From Chrysomallon squamiferum (lineage: Eukaryota > Animalia > Mollusca): a DNA stretch of 64,000 nucleotides. The translations under genes and the position numbers were made by a program. The DNA is taken from positions 11,284,001-11,348,000 of the forward strand of contig CM022676.1 in NCBI GenBank assembly GCA_012295275.1. The letters are read 5' to 3'. Below are positions 12,933 to 28,493 of the stretch, piece by piece. The notes below the pieces were generated by a model. The model had not been told where the DNA came from. It saw nothing but the letters and a program-made list of their open reading frames with translations, and made no database searches. Numbering within the stretch: the first letter of the stretch is position 1; each line of letters begins with the position of its first letter.

Positions 12933-14599
12933 CCTGTCTGAAAATAAACAAAATAAATAAAATATATATATATATATTAATTTAAAAATACAAAAATAAA
13001 TTAAAAATAAGTTAAGATTCTTGTATTATGTTAAAAGATGAAGTAATATTTCAGTAAAATCAAGAAATTTTATTAATAAAGCTACTGTCTGAGTTTCATG
13101 AAGAGAAATCAAAGACATAATAAGAATTCCTTGTTTCAACTGTTTGAAAACTCCATGTTCAATATTTTAATTATTTCTGCACACACAAACAGGACCTACC
13201 AGCTGCTAAAATCTAATTTTATCTAAACATTACTCTCCTCCTCCAAACTGAGTTTTCTGCTTAAATTATGTTGTGTTTTATATGTTTTCAATGTTGCAGT
13301 CTTTTGAGAAATCAATTTACTGACTTGTCAGATTTCACGAATGATTATTTAGAATGTTCAGTAAGCATGAGTTTGTTTTACACAAAGCTGTGACTACAGT
13401 TAAGCTGTGAATGATTACATAAACAGGATCCCAGTGACCTGTTCCAACTCAAACACTGAATAATCAGCTGATGTAATCTGATAAAACACCATGAACTTTT
13501 AACAACTTGAACTGCAGTCATTTAGTGAACAAGCTAATGTTATTTACTATTTTACTTATTTATTTAATCACCATCATCATCATCATTTTTTCTTACATGA
13601 TACTGTTTTGTTGTAGCTACTATGATTGTTATTATTTTTATTGCTGTTATTTATTTTTTTATTTATAATCATAAACTTTGTTATGGCAGCTTGGCCATTG
13701 GTCACTGTTTTAGAAGAAAATGATTCTGGAAGACAGATATGTTGTGCAGCACCAAGTTGAAACTTCTGCCTTGTTAAATAACAAACTGTGGTTCTCATGA
13801 TAGTATCTGTTTATCTCTGCAAATCATAGCATTAACATTTTGTAAGCTGATAAGCTTGGAACCAATAATTTTGATTTCAGTCCAGTACTTTCCATCATTG
13901 CTAGCAGCAAAATAAGGAAAACAGAAATCTAACAATTAAAATACTCCTAACATCAGAGAAAAATAGTTGTGAAACACAAACAAAATGTAAAAGTATATAC
14001 AGTATCATTTTATGTCCATCAAGTTGTAAATAAATGCAAAACAAACAAATCACAGAATCATTTTTATGATTATCTCATTTAGTTTCTAATCTATAATTCT
14101 TTTTATATATAACTGATTGATGAATTGATTGAAGTAAACATTCTTCTCTTATTAATTGTTTTTGCAAATTCTTCCTTACTCTTTGTTGTCTAAATATAGC
14201 ATTATTACACTGATATTAAGCTATAGATTTTAATTCCATAAATAAAACATTAAATAAAACTTTAATAAGTAAATTCCAAACAAACCATAAAAAAAGTAAA
14301 CATATAATACATTAACATTAAACTAAAGCACTCCATGAAACTCATTACAATAAAATCTATTTTTAAATATATTCATTAACATAACTACAAGTTTTAATTG
14401 TGATGACAATAATTCGTAAGTAAAATAATTTGCTTATCATTATAAGTTATATCAGTTTTATTAATTTATCGTTTAATCTGTGGAAAAAGACTAGTTCTAT
14501 CGCTAAGTTTATTTTAATTTATTCTAGACGAGTCTCTAAATGTTAACATTAATACTGGTACAACGCCATACTTTTACAAATGATTGGTTCAAATGACTT

Positions 14600-14990
14600 T
14601 ACTTTATTACCTAAATCTGAAAATGTTCACAATTCCTAAACTTGCATGACTACTATTGTAGCAACCGCTGGTTTCTGGACGCGGCCATTGTTTATCACGC
14701 ACTATATCGCTTTCTTGTTTTCTATAGGCTTAAAATATATCGCCGCGACATATATTTTGTAAATATTAAATAAAATGCTACTAACAACTAACATATGTGA
14801 CACCAATAAAGAATAAATCCTAGTTTATTCAAATATTAACCTTATTACATTAAATATTATTATTATTTTCTTTTTTCTTTTTCTTCTTTTTACCGCGCAT
14901 CTAATGTTTTGATTTTTTTGTCGTCTGACGTCACTAGATAACCGTTTTCCAGGAAACGGGGTAAACAAAAATCATTAAATTAAAAGGTAT
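14600..14990. promoter_or_regulatory. Putative bidirectional promoter, TLCD5 (-) / RIIa gene (+)
   Basis: Minus side: YY1-like AATGGCCGC (14681-14689) and a donor GTAATA at ~14610. Plus side: CRE TGACGTCA (14926-14933), X-box-like GTTTTCCAGGAAAC (14944-14957), forkhead GTAAACAAA (14961-14969) and donor AAG|GTATTT (14986/7). Confidence 0.55.
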
Positions 14991-15559
14991 TTTTAAATAA
15001 TTGATAGATTACCTCTTAAATATGTTTCATTAATTGTTTAATAATTCATAACATCGTTTAAGATAATAACTTTCGTTATTTATTAGCAATAGGTTGAAGC
15101 AGATTTGGGCGGCAATTTCAAAGATCATTCGTATGACTATGAGGGTCTACACTGTAGTAGATTACTGTCACATTTCAAGTCACTTGTCAGTTAGTTCCCA
15201 CAACTTTATCCATCGTCTAATTCAAAAGGTGTACTTTGATGTTTGTCCAAAACATTTCGCTGAACACTAAATCTTCTCATACAGTTTGAACTTAAAAACA
15301 CGTCCATAAATACACAAAACGTCTGAATTTTGACTATGGTTGGTCAGAAAAGTGAATATCATTGTTGATGTGAAGTGTAAAATAAGATGAATATTTTAAT
15401 AAGTGAATTATGATTGAAAATTGATAGCATAATAAACGAAGAATCTCAGTATTTTAACATATTTTTACTCATAAAATTATTAAAATTGGATCTATCTATC
15501 TATCTATCTATCTCTATATATATATGTATATTTGGTATACAATAACACTTTGTTCTGAA

Positions 15560-15616
<57 letters not shown>

Positions 15617-15935
15617 CTCATACATAAACATACACATCTATTTTATAACCTAGATAAGGTTGTTCATATAAGGTACAATGTGTCAAAGACTTAAGAGAAT
15701 ATTCAGTAACAGATACATATTAAGCTGGATATACTTTATTTATTTAGAACCCATCAGAATGACAATAAATATGAAAAACTAGCATCACCATTTATGAAAA
15801 GAAAAAGAAAAAAGTTAATAAAAAAAAAAACACAGACATATGTTATTTATTTATTTATTTATTTAAAATTATGAATTGGTAACATGTAATTATAAATTAA
15901 TTTATTTCTAGTACTATTAATGTGAAGAACTGAGG

Positions 15936-17226
15936 ATGTCTGAGGAAAATACTTACTGGAGACGAAAACTGCCTCCAGGTTTTCAATATTATCTACAGAG
16001 ACTAGCTCGCAGAATCATTCGGGGTCAACCCCAAAATTTCTATGAATTTGCTGCTGATTACCTGGAGGATAAACTGAGAGAAAGAAATGGTAAAATTTGT
16101 ATTATACAGAAAATGTAGTCTTCATTCTGCATCTTAAAACACAGAGACATAAACAGAAGTCTCACATTAATAAATATTTACAAGCAGACAAAGATATTCA
16201 AACACACAGATAATTAAAATCACCCAGCTACATACAGAGATACACAAACATATACAGATACACAGCATACACACAGATACACAAACATACAGATATACAA
16301 ATATACACAGATATATGCAAACATAAACATTTATACAAACATACACACATTATATACAAAACACACACACAGACACAAAACATCAAACATTTAAAAATAT
16401 ACACACATATACATATACATTCAGATATGTATGTATAATGATAACACACACACACATATATATAGAATATTCATATGTTTATACACTGAGTTTATAATAA
16501 TATAAAATGTTTATGAGTCTATGTGTTTATAATGATATAATGATATGTTTACATGTATGTGTTAATAATGATATATTGATATGTTTATATGTCTGAGTTT
16601 ATAATGATATACTTATATGTTTATAGGTCTGTGTTTGTAATGATATAGTGATATGTTTATAGGTCTGTGTTTGTAATGATATACTGTTATGTTTATGTGT
16701 GTTTGTGTGCTATATATTGATATGTTTATATGTCTGAGTTTATAATGATATTGATATGTTTATAGGTCTGTATGTGTTTATAATGATATACTGATATGTT
16801 TACATGTATGTGTTAATAGAATGATATACTGATAGGTGTATAGGTCTGTTTGTAATGATATATGATATGTTTATAGGTCTGTTTTTAATGATATACTGTT
16901 ATGTTTATGTGTTTCATGTAACATTGATGTTTTTGCTGTTGTTGTAAATGACACATAGTATGATGTGTTATTTTTCTCTGAATTAGTTTCATGTAACAGA
17001 TGTTTTCTGTGAGTTAGTTTCATGTAACAGTATGTGTTATTTTTCTGTGAGTTAGTTTCATGTAACAGATGTTTTACTGTTGTTGTAAATGCAGCTGAAC
17101 TGGCCAATCTGCCAAAAGACTCCTACTTGAAGTTGCTGCTGAAGAAGGCAAGTGAGAAAAAGGCGATGTTGCAGCTGGAACAGGGAGCACAGGGCGACCT
17201 CATGGAGGCTGCTGTAACCAAACAAG
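15936..17226 (+). CDS. SPA17/ropporin-type RIIa dimerisation/docking domain protein, N-terminal coding exons (15936-16089, 17095-17226)
   Basis: MSEENTYWRRKLPPGFQYYLQRLARRIIRGQPQNFYEFAADYLEDKL matches the RIIa D/D pattern (iPxGfxxlLxxlxReilrxQPxni..FaaxYf). Acceptor at 15910-11, donor G|GTAAAA at 16089, acceptor TGCAG at 17094, in-frame AELANLPKDSYLKLLLKKA...TKQ, donor G|GTAGGT at 17226 (phase 1). Confidence 0.85.
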
Positions 17227-17399
17227 GTAGGTAACTCTGCATGCCTATGTGTTGTGAGTTAATTTCCCAGACCAAGTGTCAGTGAGGGAATCAAACATGA
17301 AGAAGAAAAAAGTGACAGAGACGATAACTAACAAATCTTTGTTTTTTCTTTCTTAAATTAACAGTTCTTTAGAGTCTGATGTACTTTAATATATTTATG

Positions 17400-17475
17400 T
17401 TAATATATTTATTTTATTTTATTTTTATTTTATTTATTTTTATTTTATTTTATTTTATTTTATTTTATTTTATTT

Positions 17476-17508
<33 letters not shown>

Positions 17509-17690
17509 TTTATTTTATTTTATTTTATTTTATTTTATTTTATTTTATTTTTTTTTTTTTTATTTTTATTTTATTTTATTTTATTTTATTTTATTTTATT
17601 TTATTTTATTTTATTTTTTTTTTTTATTTTATTTTTATTTTATTTTATTTTATTTTATTTTATTTTATTTTATTTTATTTTTTTTTTATT
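17400..17690. repeat. (TTTTA)n pentanucleotide tract
   Basis: Directly visible. Confidence 0.95.
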
Positions 17691-18557
17691 TAGTTTTGCT
17701 CTGTACAAAATGTGACACAGTATGTATCTATTCAGCCTTCTGCCTTGTTACAGCTGTCAGATCTTTCCTAACAATAAAATACAAAAGTATAACAACAACA
17801 GGTTGACATTTTCAGTAGAGATAGGTTTTATCAGTAGAAATGTATAATAAAAAAATATTTTACTTATAGAAAGTATATAGAAAAAGGTTTTACCAATAGA
17901 AAGTATATAGAAAAAGGTTTCACCAATAGAAATGTATATAAAAAATGTTATACTAATAGAAAGGTATACAAAATGAGATTTTACCAATAGAAATGTATAT
18001 AAAAAAAGTTATACCAATAGAAAGGTATACAAAATGAGATTTTACCAATAGAAATGTATATAAAAAAGGTATTTTTAAAATGTGAGGTATGTAGTATCAT
18101 GATATTAACAGAAATAGATTTTGCTGTTGGCAGTAAAGATGAACATGTTGACTGTGTGCATGAAAACTTGCTTGAATGTAACACAAGAACTTAAATCAAC
18201 AATTTGATGTTTTGTGATCTTTTGCAGAAACAGAGAATGAGTCTATGTGCGTGTGTGTGTGTGTGTATACGTAGAGTCTGTATGTGCGTGTGTGTGTGTA
18301 TACGTAGAGTCTGTATGTGCGTGTGTGTGTGTGTATACGTAGAGTCTGTATGTGCGTGTGTGTGTGTATACGTAGAGTCTGTATTTGCGTGTGTGTGTGT
18401 ATACGTAGAGTCTGTATGTGCGGGTGTATGTGTATACGTAGCTATGTGTGTGTTTATATGCATAGCTATTTATGTTTTTATGTCCCTAGCTATGTACGTG
18501 TGTTTGAAGGTGTAGATGTATGTGTGTTCATGTGATAATCTAACTGTGTGAGGGAGT

Positions 18558-18629
<72 letters not shown>

Positions 18630-18695
18630 GTGTGTGTACATAGTTGAAATTATGTAACCTATGCATCTGTATATATGTGAGAGAGTATTTATATA

Positions 18696-18745
<50 letters not shown>

Positions 18746-18965
18746 GTTAATAAACTAATGTATTTATTACTTGGTATGATTACTCAGTTAAACTACTGAT
18801 AGAAAAAATATCTTGTGAATGTCAGATATATATGTTAGTATGCACACATGCAAAGATCAAGGTAAAAAGAAAAGGTGGGTTGTATTAGTTTACCTGTGTG
18901 CAATACTCACAGCTGGGCAGCAGCAAAACTCAACACACAAAGCAGACTGGGTAATCAGACCCCCA

Positions 18966-19084
<119 letters not shown>

Positions 19085-20055
19085 ACATACTGTAAGCTGC
19101 TCTCTGAAAGAAAAGAAAAGATGTGAAACCTGACGCTGTGAAGTAAAGACTGCCAGGGTGTGAGTGGTGCACACCGGATAACCTCGTCGGTACAAACAGT
19201 GGGGGGGGGAGTTTCTCTCCGGTAGAAACCTCTGACATACACACTGTCATAGGAAAATTAAATTATCTTCTTTGTGCATGTAACGTCTGGATAACTTTAA
19301 ATAAAACACGTCCATACATGGATGTATTATTAGTACTATAGCAGTTGTTGAAAGAACAAAACGTATAGGAAAGGCTGTAGAACTGATACATAGAAATGAC
19401 AAATACTGGTTACGTGAACTTTCAGACTTAATTCATTCATCATTGCAATAACAAACAAACAAACACATTTTTTTTAAAAATCCACTGTTGATATAATAAC
19501 TTAAAAAAAAAAAAAAGTCCATAAACAAATCATGAAAATATATTAAACAAAATAAATGAGTAGGAAAAAAATATATTTGGAACATTGCCCATTATGATTT
19601 GAAATGCAAACATAAATGACTCACTGAATTTATTTTGACTTGCTGGAAGTTTTTTGTGTGTGTTAGAACTACAGCAACAGCGGCTACTACATCATCACTG
19701 TTGTGTCTGTAAGCCGACCACGTCTCTCAAAGTGAAACGTTGTTTGTAAATCAGTAAACTATCAAATACTGCTCGTAGACGTACAAGAGCAGTAGCTGGA
19801 ACGACACAAATCATTCTTAAAGTAACGTAACGTCTGCAGAGCAGTGAGTCATTTCATTCACGTGTGTCTAAACACTTGTGTTAGCCGCACAACGTTTTAC
19901 ACTGAAACCTCGTTACAACGACCACATTGCTAATCGGCTGATTTCGGCGATACATCGAGTTCTTCATTATTTCGTACAATAAAGCTGAGGACTGGCCCAA
20001 TTTAATGGGTTGTAGCAACTCTCTTTATTTTGTATTGAGTACAAAGGATTTTTTT

Positions 20056-20141
<86 letters not shown>

Positions 20142-20192
20142 AGGGAGAGGGATGGAGGGAGAGAGAGAGAGGGAGGGAGGGAGGGAAGGAGA

Positions 20193-20284
<92 letters not shown>

Positions 20285-20287
20285 AGG

Positions 20288-20376
<89 letters not shown>

Positions 20377-20689
20377 GGTGTTAATCTTTGAACTAGTTAC
20401 CTATCCTGTATTCTTGTCATTCTCTTTTTCTCACAGAACTGATTATTATATATCAATTATCCAGGAACTGATTTCAGAGAATCAGTATGAGCAGTTTGAT
20501 AATATCAAAGGTACAAACTCAAGAAGAAAAAGAAAGAAAGAAAAATAGAAAAAAAACGCCATTTTCGTTGTAGCCATGCCTAATTCATTACCTCTGACGT
20601 TTTTGAAAATACTTACATCAAAAAATGTAATTTGTGTTCACGACACTAAATGAAACTTGGTCTGACTGATGATTTATTTACACTTGTCG

Positions 20690-20793
20690 ATACCGGAGGG
20701 CGGTAAAGCGAGGTAAATCTGTGCACGTTCAAATAATGATGATCGTTGTGCGGTATAACGGGATAGAGGGCGTTATAAAGAGGTTCGACTGTA
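20690..20793. mobile_element. Possible pogo/Tigger-like transposon terminal fragment
   Basis: Ends in CGTTATAAAGAGGTTCGACTG-TA (reverse complement TA-CAGTCGAACCTC), typical of Tigger/pogo-family TIRs, with internal GCGGTAAAGCG/GCGGTATAACG subrepeats. The partner TIR was not found. Confidence 0.4.
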
Positions 20794-21150
20794 CAGACCT
20801 GTCAAATACGTTTTCATAAATAAACATTAATTAAAATATACTAATTGTATTTATGGTTTTATTTTAAATATTAAATCGAAATGTTTCCTCCAGACCGTTT
20901 ATCGGTGTAACCACAACACCATCAGCGGTATCTTTATTAACTACCGCGTTATCAACGACGTCGTTTTAGTTTTTTATTTATTTGTAAACGCTGACTTTGT
21001 TATCACTGGTAATTTATTTGAAGGCCTGCACCCTGACAATCTGATAACCTTGTTTTGTGAATGGCTTACCAAAAATAGTTGCGTATCTATTTTCTTTTTC
21101 GTTTCTTTTCTTTCTTTTGTTTTTCTTTTTAATATTTTTCTTTCCTTATT

Positions 21151-21186
<36 letters not shown>

Positions 21187-21416
21187 TATTGAGTTATAAA
21201 AAAAAAAAAAAAAAAAATATATAATATTTTCTTTCAATGTCTTCAGCTGGTTTGCCCGCACTATTGTATGTAAATGTTAAACTGTCTTACAGAGGGCGGG
21301 TCACCGTGACCCAGGCTCTGCGAGGTTACGTTTTTGTAACCTTCGCTTTCTTGTAAAACTTAATACGGTTTTGTTACTACAACTTGTTCTTATTTTTTTA
21401 TTTTTTTTTTTTTTCT

Positions 21417-21455
<39 letters not shown>

Positions 21456-21492
21456 ATCTTTCTTTCTTTAGTTCTATTTCTTTATTTCTTTC

Positions 21493-21529
<37 letters not shown>

Positions 21530-22545
21530 TAATATATGTCATAATAATATTATCTTCTATCTCATTTTTTTTTTTCAATTACTTTCATCTACCTTCTGTG
21601 GTGGTCTTTTTTGTTTCTTACCTCTCTCTCTCTTCCCCCCCCCCGGTTTGAGTGCAGGTGAAAGGTGCAATACATCGATGTTCACCTGAATGTCTGTCTA
21701 GCCATGTTTCATCTAGTGCTGTGAGAGAAGATTTCCTGTGTGTTTGGGAAGCTGGGTTTTTTCGTTAAGCAAAAGTAACTAGCACCTAATCTTTGTTAAT
21801 AATGAATGTGTGGAGGTGTTGTTACACAAATACTAATTCGCTGTCTCATTATTATTTCTTATTGTTGTTTTTCTTTTTTTAAATAATAATAATTTCATTG
21901 TTATTGCTCCTTTTCTGTTTTCTCTGATTCTATTGTCTTTGTTTTAGTCAGAAAGAGTCACAAATTTTGTCAATTTGTTGAAAGTCTGGCGCACTGCCAG
22001 AACGTGTTATCAATTAACCTACATCACAAGCGTACACCTGAGTAACGGATGTAAAAGTAGCGACCCATTCATGTGTTCGAGTCTCGGCGGGGTCACCTTT
22101 TTCATTGAAAAATTTAACCTTTGTGAACGAAGTGAACTTTACGCGAGGGTTGTGTTACAAGTGTTTGCAGACTGGGTTAAGTTGCTTCTGACGTAAAGTA
22201 CAGCCAAGGCCAGCCTGTGTGTGTGTGTGTGTGAGTTTTAATTTAAATTAGTGTAGATGAGACGAGTAGGTTCCGTAGTCTTACAAATAACCGTTTTATT
22301 ATTTCAGGCCATCAAACTTTACTACTAATAATGTGTAACAACGAAAAGAACAAGCTCGTGGCGTCATTTTTCTTTTTACGTCATTTGATACAGAGGAATT
22401 TGTTGAAATGTTGTTGAGATTTTTCTTTGTATTTTAGTTTCTTTCTTTTTTCTTTTTCTTCTTCGTTTTACTTCTTACTTGACTTTTAAATGATGCACGA
22501 TTTGTGTGTACGCGCTTTTGAGACTGTATGCATATGTAATATACA

Positions 22546-22594
<49 letters not shown>

Positions 22595-23254
22595 GTTTCT
22601 TAATATGTGTATGTGTGTATGAATGCGTGTATGTATGTATATGTATGTGTGTGTTGTATAAATGAATATGTATATATTTGTGTGTGTGTATGTATTTTTC
22701 TACATGGGGATGAATGTATATAGCTGTGTATGTTAGGGAGCGACAGTGTATTAATTGTGCAGTGTTATAACAGTGTTGATGATGTTGTAAGACGCAATAA
22801 CCTGTATAAACAACAGTGAACTTTTCACTATGTATACGTGTTCCCTTACAAGCATTGATAAAAATACCTCGACCGAATTCCACCATGCATTAACAAGAGT
22901 GCGCGTGACGTTTGGCGGTCCTAACCCCCTAACGCCAGTTTCGACTGGTTCCTGTCCGGTGGCAACCCAGATTTGAACGTACGATTGTAATCAGTGATTC
23001 GTCTATGAAAAACTGCGGGTTACAAACTGCGTAGATTTACATAATTTAGCGCTGGCTGGTGTTAATCTGTCAGCTTTGTTTTACTTGTTTACTGCGTGTT
23101 TCATTTCGATTAAAAAAAATAATAATAATACTTCCCAAGTCCAGTAGATAAATGTAAGCTATATTGAATTGATTTTACGCATTTTCCCCTTCTAAGCAGC
23201 GACAGCAAGAATTAAATGTTTCGAAAATTCCTCGCTTTCATCGTACACAGCTAC

Positions 23255-23336
<82 letters not shown>

Positions 23337-24264
23337 ACACACACGCACACACACAATACACAAGTGCGTTTATTTTTTTTCTTGTATTTTTATTAACTGA
23401 TTTTTGTTTTTGTAACATTACCAGAGTTGTTATTGTTAAAGTTAGGTAGCAGTGAGTTGAAATCGGAGACTGTTCAGTCGAGCTGAATTGGCAGGTTTTT
23501 TCTCTTTCTGTGTGTCTGAGGAAAGCCTGGTTCGACTGACACAGCTGTCCCCTGCTTACGTGACTCACTGCTGTGTTTTGTTTACCTTTCACAACCGCTG
23601 CCGGTCACAGTGCCAAACGTTGCGGACGTCGAGTCAGACAGCATACGTGTGTACGTCCACGCCGACGTTGTATTCAGTTAACCACAGCAACGTTCATAAT
23701 AATAATAATAACAACAACAGTAGCAACATAAGCAGCAGCAACAACAATAACAATAACAACTACTACTATCACTACTGCTACTACTCTACTATTATGACCA
23801 CCTTTACTATTACTATTGATGCTGCTACAGCTATCACTACTACAACTACTGTTACTTTGCTACAACCACCACTACTGTGACTATTACTACCACGTCTATC
23901 ATTACTGCAAGTATTGTAATAACCTGACACGTCTAATAATGATCGTCCTTAATTTTCTTGTCTAGTAATTATACAGATACGTACGTAAGAGAAATTATGG
24001 CTCACCATAGCTATTATGGCGATGCTTCATAATTATCATTATATTAAAATTCATTTAGTCTCAAAGATGATGCACAAGCTCCTCCTATTTAGAAGTTATC
24101 ACAGTCAGTATTCAACTAGTCGCAGTGCTGTATGAAACTTGGAAAATTTATACTTTTTATTATTTTCAAAATACTACGTTTTCTATATTTTGTTATGGGC
24201 TGATACGGGTAGACGTGCTTTCTCACAGTAAACCACGAACTGACACAGTCTGTTTGACTCATTG

Positions 24265-24305
<41 letters not shown>

Positions 24306-24570
24306 GTGCCGCTGCATGTGTAAATCTATTCAATACACTTGACCGATTTGTTTAGACATCTATTAGTTTCATGTGTTGGCTGACAAGGTCGCGCAGACCT
24401 GAACGCGAGTAAAGAGAGAAATCTTGTGCAGGTCGTGTAGTGTGCTGTGAGACGTTAGTCTGTCCTGCTGTTTGTTTCTTTCACCCCTCACGTGTATCAG
24501 TCAGTCTCCATCGTTTAGCAGTCTGTAGCCTACAACTGATGAAATGTTACTTACGTAATTTTTGTTAATT

Positions 24571-24648
<78 letters not shown>

Positions 24649-24918
24649 AGATCTGTATTACATAATCATGTACCTGACAATTATCAGATTCGTTTACGTA
24701 CGCAGAGTGAAAGTTGGTTTTCTCATTGCCTGTTTTGTTAATCGCATTTACTGTTGAACGATCAGCGTGCATCTCATTTAATATAACAGATAATTATAGA
24801 TTGTGTACGTGATCACAAGCGCATAAATCTAGAAAGGAAACCCGCCACACGATTTACTGCTTTGTTTTAGGAAAATATAAGTTCTATTATTATTATTTTT
24901 AATTTATTTTATTTTATT

Positions 24919-25016
<98 letters not shown>

Positions 25017-25608
25017 TTATATTTATTTATGCGTATATTCATTGGGAGCAGATGTTAGAATGGTACAAGGTGTGGTACAAGGTGTAGAACAAGGGTTGGT
25101 ACGATGAAGACTGATTTTCTCTTGCCGAGTTAATAACAAACTCGAGGAGTGTCACATGCAGTAACACTCGGTGGATTGTTCATGTTGTTTTTAAATGGGT
25201 TACCATTGTTGTCCTCGGTCTGGTACCTGCTGCCGCGCCCACCTCGCCGCATCTGGCCGTCAGAGAGGTCACGTGACCGCCATCATGTCGGACCCTACCA
25301 CTGAGGCGGAGAAGGTGTGAAGTGATGGCGCAAGTGTTCTGTAACTCGCCAGATCTGCAGCGGCTTGTTGTGAGATGCGAGTCGTGAGATGCGAGTGTGA
25401 GACTCCGAGACTGAGTTGTCAGCGTGTTGCGAGCAAACTCGTCTCTCGAGAGAACCGGCGAGTTTTCACAGTCCACGCCTGTCGTCTGCGTCTGTCCAAC
25501 TTACCTGTAACCTGCTCGTTTTCTAGTCACAATGGACAACCCCCTTTTTTCCTAATTTTTTTTTTTTTTTTTTTTAAACTTCGCCCCTGATGCCATTGTG
25601 GAACACCC

Positions 25609-25679
25609 TATAAATATTGACAGTTGCCCGTCTGAGCTCATTTCTCTCCAAACTTCATTCGTGTCTACACACTGTAAGT
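25609..25679 (+). promoter_or_regulatory. Intronic TATA-Inr core promoter with 34-nt non-coding first exon (25640-25673)
   Basis: TATAAATA at 25609, Inr-like TCATTTC with A at 25640 (31 nt spacing), consensus donor |GTAAGT at 25674; preceded by a CpG-rich island at ~25200-25500. Confidence 0.6.
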
Positions 25680-26044
25680 ACAACACATGATTTCATATAT
25701 TATACCTTATATTATACGTGTGTAGAATTATATCATGTTTGACACTTTTTATATTTCAATTCTAGGTTAATGAGTGTTAACATTTTTTGCTAATTACATT
25801 TGTATTTCTAATTGATTTATATACTTTGTCGGAAAGAAACTGATTGATTTTTCAATGAAAATATTCTAGTGTGACCATGTATCCATGTGTCTATGTATTC
25901 AGTATAGTCTGTTGATGCTTTGTTTTCGAATTTCCACCTTTATAGCCAACAAGTGTTACTATGTTCAAACGTTCATCAACATTAAAATTGGCCTTTTTTT
26001 TTTTTTTTTTTTTTCAAATTTATTAATTTATTAATATTATTTGT

Positions 26045-26083
<39 letters not shown>

Positions 26084-26818
26084 TTATTTACAACAACGGA
26101 AATTTCAGTGTTTCCTTTCAGTACAGAATTTGTTTCATTGCTGTAGTGATGTCATTGTAGAAAGCTACATGAATGTTGTATTGTTGTTTTTTGCTATACC
26201 TGACTTTCACAACTGATAGGACCTAGTCGTGATAGCAGTAGTCTGCATCGTCGTAATAGTAGTAGTTGAAGTAATGTAATGAAAGTGATAATTGTTGTTG
26301 CAATAGCAAAAGGTAGTGGTTGTGGAGGTGGATGAGACTGGTGTTGCAGCAGCAGTAGTCGCAGTAGTTGTTACAGTATTAGTATATTAGTACTACATTT
26401 CCATGGCAGTGTTCGAATTTACCATTCTCGTCTACTGCGCAGTCAGAACGGTTTTCCTCTACACAATAAAGCGGTCTGCGCATGTGTGCGGGAGGTGTGT
26501 GGAGGGTGTGTCTACGCCGAGCTCGTTGATTGGCTGAAGCTAGTTCTGTCAACAAATCGGTAAACTTCTCTTGTCCTTGACCCGTCTACCGCATTGCGGA
26601 TAATTTACATGAAAATAAAAAAACTGACATGTAGTCCAATACGAAGACTTTTTTTTCTTTCTTTCTGTTTATCTTCAGCTAACTGATGAACGGGTTTTAC
26701 ACGCGAGCGCTGTTGTATTGTCGTTGTTGTAATTACATGTACTGCAGTGGAAACAGCTTTAAAGAAAATACAGTGAAACAAAACTGATTGTCACTGCCTC
26801 TGTTGTTATCAGGAGTTT

Positions 26819-26860
<42 letters not shown>

Positions 26861-26938
26861 AATAATAATAATAATAATGATAACAATAATAATAATAATA
26901 ATTATTATAATAATAATAATAATGATAATAAGAATAAC

Positions 26939-27000
<62 letters not shown>

Positions 27001-27275
27001 TAATAATAATGATAATGATAAATGTTTTATTTACCTATATCACAGACGGTGCGACAAGCCGTCGATGAGTCATGTGTTGCCAGGTCTAACCCAGCCCACC
27101 TCTGACCCGCCCCCCCATCCACCTCTGACCCGCCCCCATCCACCTCTGACGCATTCGATACGAACTGTAGCTAACTTGATAAGCTGCTGACAGAAATGTT
27201 GATATCCAGTTCCGTTTAGTATCAAACTTATCACTAGTAATACACACCGAGTTATTTATAAACTCTCTCACTCTA

Positions 27276-27415
<140 letters not shown>

Positions 27416-27828
27416 TGTGTGTGTGTGTTTCGGCAACAACAACAAAAAGAAGACAGGAGCTATCTAACTATCTTGCTATCCATGTAATATTCGTCTGTTT
27501 GTCTGTCTGACATCTCTCTTTAAATATCTATCTCGTGTTTCTGTCAGTTTTTTAAATCTCTCTGTTTACTTTATCGAAGCACACAAACTGAAATGCACTT
27601 TAACGTCTGTTTGTCTCACAGCGTGTACATTCTGTCGTTCTCGGTGTTGGTGTCAGGTCATCGTGACCCGCGTTGTGTTTGTGACAAGGTACTGGTGTGC
27701 GTCCCTTGTCGTTTCAAAAAAATAATAAAAACTTGCGGAAGAATTTGTGAAATTTCACGTCGTTCTAAAAACAAATGAACCAGTGTTTGTTCCTGTCTAG
27801 TAAACTTTACATACACACACACACACAT

Positions 27829-27947
<119 letters not shown>

Positions 27948-28405
27948 CAATAAAAACAAAGCAAAATAATTTCTAAAACAGCCACTGAATGAAATACTCG
28001 TCTGTCTAAGATTAAAAGTGTAATGCTTTATGCACGGAGCAAGCGCACTAAACATAATGATGATAATGTTGTTGTGTAGTTAACACAGCAGTTAAATACA
28101 ACTGCAGTGTTAGAATTATCATAAGTCACACGTAGTTAAGGTCACATGGTTCATGATTTTCATGTCCTATTATCATCTTCGAAAATGATACCACGTCTTC
28201 TGTGACGTCACTGGACGTCTCGTCAGTGGATAAAGAAATATTTTATGGCTGCAGATAATTTGATAGTGTAGAAATGTCGACTGTGACGTCAGCACATTCC
28301 AGAGATGTTTAAAAATAGCAACATATGTTACTGCAAATCTTTGCCAGCAGACACTTTGCATCATTTTATCGAATTTGTTTTATTGAGTGCCAATCATAAT
28401 AATGA

Positions 28406-28493
<88 letters not shown>

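Noticed and set aside
25285-25320. Kozak-context mini-ORF MSDPTTEAEKV* as an alternative coding first exon
   Set aside because: The possible donor AAG|GTGTGA is weak and phase 0, incompatible with the phase-1 acceptor at 28839; there is no other support.
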